From: Pirellulales bacterium
GTDB taxonomy: Bacteria > Planctomycetota > Planctomycetia > Pirellulales > JALHPA01
Direction of reading: 5' to 3'
DNA length: 41,008 nucleotides
Assembly (NCBI GenBank): GCA_022842745.1
Contig: JALHPA010000001.1
Coordinates: forward strand, 1 to 41,008
Positions 35,141 through 41,008 of the stretch are shown here, one piece after another. Under the pieces are notes generated by a model that was not told where the DNA came from, searched no databases, and saw nothing but the letters and a program-made list of their open reading frames with translations. Every line of letters starts with the position of its first letter. Position 1 is the stretch's first letter. The position numbers were made by a program, and so were the translations under genes.

Positions 35141-36268
35141 CTACTTCTTGGGAGTTTTTTTCTCGTCGGCGCGCAGCGCGCCGCCGCGGATCGCAAGCCC
35201 GCGATCGAACGTCTCATCGCGCGTGACTTCGCCGGATTCGTTCCATTCGATGCTGCGACCGTGTTTTTCGCCGCGTTTGTACTGCGTGGAGGCCCACTTG
35301 GCGCCCTCCTCGTAGAAATACTTCACCTCTCCGTGCAGTTCGTTTTTGGAGAACGCCCCCTGGGTGCGAACCTGGCCGTTGGCGTACCATTCGGTGAAGG
35401 GGCCGTGGCGAGCGCCTCCTTGCAGGTGCATCTCCAATTGTTTTTTCCCGTTGTCGTGCCAAACGGTATGCACGCCGGTCGGCTGGCCGCGTTCGAAGAG
35501 GCGCTCCGACTTGAGCGGATGGTCCTTGTCTTCGTACCATTCTCGCCATGGACCGTGCGGCTGGGCGGCAAGGTAGCCCCCTTCCATCCGTTTGGCCCCG
35601 TCGGGAAAGTACTCGAGGTACGGGCCATCCAGCCGCCCGTCGACGTAACGGGATTCGACGGCGGGCTTGCCATTCTGATGCCATTCCCGGTAATCGCCGT
35701 GTTTGCGACCGGCCCGATAGTTGGACTTCACGAAGGGCTGTCCACTCGGAAACCAGCGCTCCTCCGGCCCCTGCTGGATCCCCTTTTCGTAATGCTGAAT
35801 GAGTAATGGTTTGCCGTCGGAGGAAATTTTTTGCGATTTGCCGTGGAGCTGATCGTCCTGGTACTCGACGATGGAGCTGGCATTCCCCCCCTGGTTGTAG
35901 TCGACCCGCTGACCGTGTTTCAGCCCGGCCTTATACGTCGTTTCCTGCTGTTTGTTGCCGTTGAGGTAATACAGCGTTTCCACGCCGTCGCGCCGTCCGC
36001 GGACATAGTTCTGTTCCAGCTTGACTTGTCCGTTGCGATGCCATTCGACCGACGGACCGTCCAGTGCGCCGTGCTGGTAGCGCTGTTTCGCGGAGGGTTT
36101 TCCATCCTCGTAGAACTGCTCGCTGTCGCCGTGGAGCACCTGTTTTCCCTGCTCGACAGCGACCGATTGCCGCGACTTCACCGTGCCATTGGGATACTTC
36201 TGTTCGAGCACCGATGTGTTATTCGGCGCAAAGAGCGCAAGCCAGACAATGATGATGGATGCATCCAT
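35141..36268 (-). CDS. MORN_2-repeat protein (YwqK-family-like)
   Basis: About a dozen repeats of the form YxNGxxxxxxxYxxGxxHGxxxxW (e.g. YYLNGNKQQETTYKAGLKHGQRVDY; WHQNGKPAVESRYVDGRLDGPYLEY; WYANGQVRTQGAFSKNELHGEVKYF) after a short hydrophobic N-terminus. Confidence 0.8.
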   Translation of the reverse strand: MDASIIIVWLALFAPNNTSVLEQKYPNGTVKSRQSVAVEQGKQVLHGDSEQFYEDGKPSAKQRYQHGALDGPSVEWHRNGQVKLEQNYVRGRRDGVETLYYLNGNKQQETTYKAGLKHGQRVDYNQGGNASSIVEYQDDQLHGKSQKISSDGKPLLIQHYEKGIQQGPEERWFPSGQPFVKSNYRAGRKHGDYREWHQNGKPAVESRYVDGRLDGPYLEYFPDGAKRMEGGYLAAQPHGPWREWYEDKDHPLKSERLFERGQPTGVHTVWHDNGKKQLEMHLQGGARHGPFTEWYANGQVRTQGAFSKNELHGEVKYFYEEGAKWASTQYKRGEKHGRSIEWNESGEVTRDETFDRGLAIRGGALRADEKKTPKK

Positions 36269-36427
36269 GGTATTGACCCCTCCAGGGCAGACGAGATCGC
36301 CTTACTGCTCGAAGGAAGGCAACGCGCGGTGGGTGGATGATCGTCCCGCGGAACGGGAACGCGGGACCAGCCTTATTGTACCGCAACCTCTGAGAAACGT
36401 GCGAGCGCGGCCACGTTCACAACCCGG

Positions 36428-38164
36428 TTACTTGCCCTCGCGGAGCGAGTCGAAGTACTGTTTGGCATGATCCCGCTGGTTACGCGGGAGACGCTGACCG
36501 ACGATCGCATCGGTATTCTCCCGCCGCGCCGCTTCAATCTGCTGCTGGATTTCCGCCTGGACCTGGCCTTTGATGTTGGGTCCGTCCGCCTCCCCGGTAA
36601 GCACCGACGCGCCTTTGCCGACGTTCTGATTGACCTGGGAATCCCGAAAGCCTACATCCGTCTTTTCGATCGGGCGGGCGCCACTGCCGCCAATCGCCTC
36701 ACCGAGGCCATCGCCTCCTTTGCCTTTGCCCTTGCCCTTTCCTCCCTTCCCATTCTTCCCTTTACCCTCCCCGTCGCCGTTGCATTCGCCTTTGCATTCG
36801 CCAATCTGGTCGAGCGCCTGATCCAACATTGCCAGTTCATCCCCTTGTTGCTTAAGCGCCTCGAGGCCCTGCTGCATCTGCTGCATCGCCTGCTGGGCCC
36901 CTGCCTTGTCCCCATTGCCTAGGCACTTGGCGCATTGACCAAGCTGGTTGGCCATCTTTTGCAATTGATCCATTTGGGGCTGTTGAGCGCCCATTTTTTC
37001 TAGCTGCTCTTGGAGCTTTGCCAGATTCTGGGCCATTTGCTCCGCTTGCTGCTTCAGTTTTTCAGCCTCCTCCTTGCGGCCCTGTTTCAAAAGGTCGTCG
37101 ATCTGCTTCTTCAGTTGATTGGGGTCGGGCATCTGTCGCTTGGCGTCGGCAGCCTTTTTTTGCAGATCGTTCTTGGCCTGCTGGTGCGCGTCGGCCACTT
37201 TCTGCATGGCCTTTTGCATCTCGGCCAACTGCTTTTCCAAAGCCTGCTTTTGCTTGTCGTCCAGATTGCCCTTGTCGAGCTGCTGTTTTAGCTTCTCGAT
37301 CTCGTCCGCCGCCTTTTTGAAGTCCCCGTCCTTCATTGCCTGGGCGGCTTGATCGGCGGGTCCTGATTGCGAGGTCTTCAGATTGCGCAATTGTTGTTTG
37401 AGCTTTTCGTCGCCGCCGAGTTTCTCGCGCCGCGCTTCAAGCTGTTTCGCCAAATCGTTAAGCTTGACCATCGCCTGCTTGCGATCGAGGTCGTCGCGCT
37501 TGGTCAAATCGCGCGTTCCCTCCTCAATTTTCTTGAAGAGATCGGCGGCGTCTTTCAAGCCCTTTTCCGCGGCCTCCTTCTTCCGTTCCTCCATCTTCTT
37601 GCGCAGCGGCTCGGTCGAGTCCTTGATCTGCTTGGCAATTGCCGCTTGATCCGCGTTCGCATCCGCTTGTGCATCGCGGGTGGGATCGGAGATCAATAGC
37701 AGCGCGAGCGCGCATGCGGCGGGGACCGCGGGGAGCAAAATCCGGCCAGTCGGGCGGACGGTGAACTTGCTCGATACGTCGATCCGCTCGACACGCCGCA
37801 CGGCGTCCCCCAGCAAGGCTTTTCCAGCCGGAGTCTCTCGTTCCAACGGATCGAGGGAAAGAGCGCTTGAAACGCGTTCCTTGAGGCCGAATCGATGGTC
37901 GATCTCGATCGCCGCCGCGATGCGGCTGTTGCGAGTGAAATAGGTCCAAAGGGCGGCGATCAACAGTCCGGCGGCCAGAGCGCCGCCAAGCCAGCCGGCG
38001 TTCCAGATCGTCGCGTCGACGGGCAACGGCGCAAACTTCGCGATCGCAATGGCCGCAGCGGCCAACAACAGCGTGCCGGTCCAACTCCAACCCAAGAAGG
38101 CTAAAAACCGTTCCAGGGTTAACCGGCGATAGGCAATTGCCACCTGGCGTTGTAAAGCGTCCAT
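36428..38164 (-). CDS. membrane-anchored K/Q/E-rich coiled-coil protein with a Gly-Lys low-complexity tract; unknown function
   Basis: 578 aa. Two N-terminal TM helices, then AAIEIDHRFGLKERVSSALSL and a third hydrophobic segment. About 280 aa follow with heptad-like K/Q/E/A composition, then QCAKC and ECKGEC motifs, GKGKNGKGGKGKGKGKGG (DNA 36704..36802) and the C-terminus HAKQYFDSLREGK. Confidence 0.75.
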   Translation of the reverse strand: MDALQRQVAIAYRRLTLERFLAFLGWSWTGTLLLAAAAIAIAKFAPLPVDATIWNAGWLGGALAAGLLIAALWTYFTRNSRIAAAIEIDHRFGLKERVSSALSLDPLERETPAGKALLGDAVRRVERIDVSSKFTVRPTGRILLPAVPAACALALLLISDPTRDAQADANADQAAIAKQIKDSTEPLRKKMEERKKEAAEKGLKDAADLFKKIEEGTRDLTKRDDLDRKQAMVKLNDLAKQLEARREKLGGDEKLKQQLRNLKTSQSGPADQAAQAMKDGDFKKAADEIEKLKQQLDKGNLDDKQKQALEKQLAEMQKAMQKVADAHQQAKNDLQKKAADAKRQMPDPNQLKKQIDDLLKQGRKEEAEKLKQQAEQMAQNLAKLQEQLEKMGAQQPQMDQLQKMANQLGQCAKCLGNGDKAGAQQAMQQMQQGLEALKQQGDELAMLDQALDQIGECKGECNGDGEGKGKNGKGGKGKGKGKGGDGLGEAIGGSGARPIEKTDVGFRDSQVNQNVGKGASVLTGEADGPNIKGQVQAEIQQQIEAARRENTDAIVGQRLPRNQRDHAKQYFDSLREGK

Positions 38165-38331
38165 AATTCCCTCTCAAGCGGATTCGGGCGGACCGGGGTG
38201 TCGCCCGCGACCGCCAATTATACGGCCCGCCGGGCGAGATTGAAAACAACGGTCCCAAAACAGCGTTTCCCGGCCAATCCGATTCAACCGGCGCCGACAT
38301 TCCGGTTCAGATTGCTCCGCGGCCGCACCGC

Positions 38332-39057
38332 TCACGTCCCGGAACGCAGCCGTTCGCTCAGTTTTCCCACCACCGACGAAAACTCTTGTCGGCGGCGGGT
38401 GAATTCGGCCAAGTCTTTTGCGCCAGGGGACTGAACGTAGTCCAACATAATTCTCTCCGCGGCGACAAATTCAGCGGCGGCTTGCGGTACGGCCGTCGCA
38501 ATCGACAGTGGAATGCGGGCCACGCCGTTCACGTCCCCGTGGAGCAGATCTCCCTGCCGCACCGTCAACCCGCCCACGTGGACCGGCAGGCCGATGTGCA
38601 GGATGTGGCAAAAGGCGTGCGAGCAATTGGTCCCGCCGGTGAAAACCGGAAATCGTATCGCGCGCACCTGGTCCAGATCGCGCCCGCTGCCGGAGGTGAC
38701 CAACCCGACAGCGCCAAACGCGCGATACGTGCTGCACATCACTTCGCCAAACGTCGCCGCGACGCTCGGATCGTCCAAATCTTGAAAGACCACTACCGGG
38801 GCGCCCGGCAGATCGGGAAACCGCTCGATCTGCCGCTCCATGCTGCCGTAGGCGTCGCCGGTCGTGGGTGGGGCGTCGCTGCGAAAGGCCGCCGTCGCGG
38901 CGAACCCGACCATCGGAGGCAACTCGGGAAAATTACAACGAATTCGCGCGTCCATGTAACCGCGATTGCGGGGGACGACGTCGAACAACTCGATTACGTT
39001 GCAGATCGTGGGCGTATCGTATTTCGCAAGCTGGGCCAGCGTTTCGGCGGTGATCAT
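38332..39057 (-). CDS. RraA family protein (RraA / HMG-aldolase-like fold)
   Basis: YDTPTICNVIE...VVVFQDLD....AATFGEVMCSTYRAFGAVGLVTSGSGRD...FPVFTGG...VHVGGLTVRQGDLLHGDVNGV. I use ATG 39057 (MITAETL). The ORF track starts at 39117. Confidence 0.75.
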   Translation of the reverse strand: MITAETLAQLAKYDTPTICNVIELFDVVPRNRGYMDARIRCNFPELPPMVGFAATAAFRSDAPPTTGDAYGSMERQIERFPDLPGAPVVVFQDLDDPSVAATFGEVMCSTYRAFGAVGLVTSGSGRDLDQVRAIRFPVFTGGTNCSHAFCHILHIGLPVHVGGLTVRQGDLLHGDVNGVARIPLSIATAVPQAAAEFVAAERIMLDYVQSPGAKDLAEFTRRRQEFSSVVGKLSERLRSGT

Positions 39058-39138
39058 GGTTGTATTGGGCGAATTGAGATAAGAAACACTCCCTAATGCC
39101 ACAAAACCTGCGGGCAATAAAACGCTGCCGCTGGCCGT

Positions 39139-40425
39139 TCAAGCACTTGCGTAGTGGAGAGCTTTATCGGAAATATCCTTGCGGCACCAGGCGCCCTCCC
39201 AACGGATTTGCTTGATCGCGGTATAAGCTTGCAGCTTGGCCGACGAAATGGTGGCGCCCAAACTGGTGACCGCCAGGACTCGACCACCGGTGGTGACAAC
39301 TCGACCCTCCTGCATGCTTGTTCCGGCATGGAAAACTTTCACGTCTGGGATCTTGGCTGCCTCGTCCAAGCCCCGGATCGGAAAGCCCTTCTTGAACGGT
39401 CCGGGATAGCCCTCGCTGGCCATGACCACGCACACGGATGGTCGCGGATCCCATTCCAGTGGGCTGATTTGATCCAGCCTCCCTTCGACCGTCGCCAAAA
39501 GCACTTCGGCCAGATCGCTTTTCAGACGCATCAGCACGGTTTCGCACTCCGGATCGCCGAAGCGGACATTGAATTCCAGCACCTTGGGGCCTTGGTTGGT
39601 CATCATCAGTCCGGCGAACAGCAAACCCCGGAACGGCCGGCGCGCGCGCTTCATCGCATGGACGACTGGCACCAGCACCTGCTCCTCGATCCGCCGCAGA
39701 TCCGCGGCCGAAACGACCGGAGCGGGACAGTACGCGCCCATTCCGCCGGTGTTGGGTCCTGTATCACCGTCGAACGCTTGCTTGTGGTCCTGAGCCGGGG
39801 TCAAGGGAACAATCGTGCGGCCGTCCGTGATCGCCATCAGGCTCACTTCCTGCCCATCCAGCCGTTCTTCGATCACGATCTGCTTACCTGCGTCGCCAAA
39901 TTCCCGGTCTCCGGCAATTCGGGTCACCGCATCCAAGGCTTCACCTCGGTTTTTACAGACGAAGACTCCCTTTCCCGCGGCCAGTCCGTCGGCTTTGACC
40001 ACTACGGGCACGTCTTCTCGGTCCCGCAGGTAGGTTTGAGCCCGTTGCAGGTCCCGAAACACCTGGTAGTCGGCCGTGGGAACGTCGGCCTGGCGCAGCA
40101 GGTTCTTGCAGAAGACCTTACTCCCTTCGAGTTCGGCGGCGAGTTTCGAGGGACCAAAAATCCGTAGCTTCTCCGCCTGAAAAGCGTCTGCGATGCCCTG
40201 AACCAAGGGGGTCTCCGGTCCCACCACGGTCAGGCCCACCTGGTTTTCGTGTGCGAATTTCAGCAGTCGAGGAAAATCCGTGGGAGCAATGTCGACGTTT
40301 TCCGCGTCCAGGCCACATCCGGCATTGCCGGGGGCGACGAATACGCGTTCCACGTGTGAGCTCTGACGGATTTTCCAGGCCAGCGCGTGTTCCCGACCTC
40401 CGGCGCCAACAATCAGCACGTTCAT
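39139..40425 (-). CDS. purD: phosphoribosylamine-glycine ligase
   Basis: MNVLIVGAGGREHALAWK..., ATP-grasp core VVVKADGLAAGKGV...IVIEERLDGQEVSL...DHKQAFDGDTGPNTGGMGAY...LFAGLM....GPKVLEFNVRFGDPE. GAAAGGA lies 6 nt before the ATG. Confidence 0.95.
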   Translation of the reverse strand: MNVLIVGAGGREHALAWKIRQSSHVERVFVAPGNAGCGLDAENVDIAPTDFPRLLKFAHENQVGLTVVGPETPLVQGIADAFQAEKLRIFGPSKLAAELEGSKVFCKNLLRQADVPTADYQVFRDLQRAQTYLRDREDVPVVVKADGLAAGKGVFVCKNRGEALDAVTRIAGDREFGDAGKQIVIEERLDGQEVSLMAITDGRTIVPLTPAQDHKQAFDGDTGPNTGGMGAYCPAPVVSAADLRRIEEQVLVPVVHAMKRARRPFRGLLFAGLMMTNQGPKVLEFNVRFGDPECETVLMRLKSDLAEVLLATVEGRLDQISPLEWDPRPSVCVVMASEGYPGPFKKGFPIRGLDEAAKIPDVKVFHAGTSMQEGRVVTTGGRVLAVTSLGATISSAKLQAYTAIKQIRWEGAWCRKDISDKALHYASA

Positions 40426-41008
40426 GGGGATCCTTTCACGGCCGGCCAGTTCATAAATTATTCAGCCAGGGACGACTACCTTGGCCAGCGGATATCGAAC
40501 AATGCGCACCCGTCAACATAGAAGCAACCCGCCCCCGAGGCAATCGCGCGGCGGATTTGGCGATCCCAACGGCCGAACCGCCCGGCTGGACACGAGGCGG
40601 GCGTCGAATCCTTGACTTTCCGAATTGGCGTAACTACAAGGGAATTAGCGACTGTAGGGGCAATCTCCGGTGATTCGCGTCAGCCCGACCGGCCGAGTTG
40701 ACATCGCGCGTTGGGCGCAAGCGGAGAACAGGGCCTGGGTTTCGCGAAAACGTTTGAATCATCGGCTTCGAGCTGAGCGGGCCGCAATACGCTCGGCCGG
40801 CGGCTGGGGGTCGAGATGCGCGGGTAGGGGGTGAAGCGGGTTCTCGTCCTTCGCGAGAGCATTCTGCTCTTGCACCGCGCCGCGGGAAACAATTCGGCGG
40901 CCGGGCGCACCGGCAACTTTTGACATGCGGTCTTATTGAGGATGCAAGAGATGGCGTCACGTCGATCCGGTTGGTTGCGATCGCTATTGTTCCCAGTCCG
41001 GAGTCTGT

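Noticed and set aside
36704-36802. Short-period DNA repeats (CCTTTGCC/CCCTTGCC-like)
   Set aside because: This is not a CRISPR array or an intergenic repeat. It is the coding sequence of the Gly-Lys tract of the coiled-coil protein.
39154-40167. 337-aa + strand ORF, and similar antisense ORFs 38386..39096, 16899..17606, 13573..14163, 35261..35806 and 35831..36340
   Set aside because: They are antisense to genes with unambiguous motifs (purD, RraA, sufS, TPR, MORN).
40426-40700. ZTP (pfl) or purine riboswitch in the purD leader
   Set aside because: I could not find the conserved GACUGGCG / CCGGGCGGA / CGCCUGGGC-type blocks on the minus strand. There are only generic GC helices.
1-41008. Looked for CRISPR arrays, IS elements/transposases, integrases, rRNA, prophage or toxin-antitoxin/defence gene signatures, including around the tRNA-Leu
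   Set aside because: None seen. There is no duplicated tRNA 3' end, no recombinase-like ORF and no spacer-repeat periodicity.

Overview
GC-rich 41-kb chromosomal window that looks planctomycetal: it has a PSCyt/DUF1549/DUF1553 protein, a MORN_2-repeat protein, Flp/Tad genes with long low-complexity tails, and H4MPT/methanofuran-type cofactor genes. I can support about 36 CDS, one tRNA-Leu(CAG) with a clean sigma70-type promoter, and several hairpins and repeats. Left to right: partial OppF-type plus OppD-type ABC ATPases; a MarR-MFP-RND efflux operon; a membrane-anchored HMA protein divergent from an outer-membrane beta-barrel; an orphan PSCyt-DUF1549-DUF1553 protein; a Fur-TPR-alpha/beta-hydrolase operon divergent from an orphan ABC ATPase followed by sufS-sufU; a small unknown protein plus a TIM-barrel isomerase; uppP; a DUF151 nuclease; a BamE-like membrane protein and a SAM methyltransferase; a Tad/Flp pilus module (cpaE, cpaC, cpaB, tadE-like, cpaA, flp); a 1.2-kb stretch with no convincing CDS; a stand-alone pntAA; a translationally coupled ATP-grasp plus hydantoinase-like pair; tRNA-Leu; a MORN protein; a K/Q/E-rich coiled-coil membrane protein; RraA-like; purD. 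I saw no CRISPR array, IS/transposase, integrase, rRNA or recognisable defence genes. I cannot point to a clearly novel system. The best candidates for a second look are (1) the Tad module, which stops after CpaE with no CpaF/TadB/TadC motor and carries a CpaE with a lysine-less Walker A; (2) the structured 1.2-kb non-coding region upstream of flp; and (3) the periodic repeat array with a predicted leaderless promoter between the Fur-family gene and the orphan ABC ATPase-sufSU unit. All family calls come from motif recognition by eye, with no database search. Coordinates I derived manually may be off by 1-2 nt.
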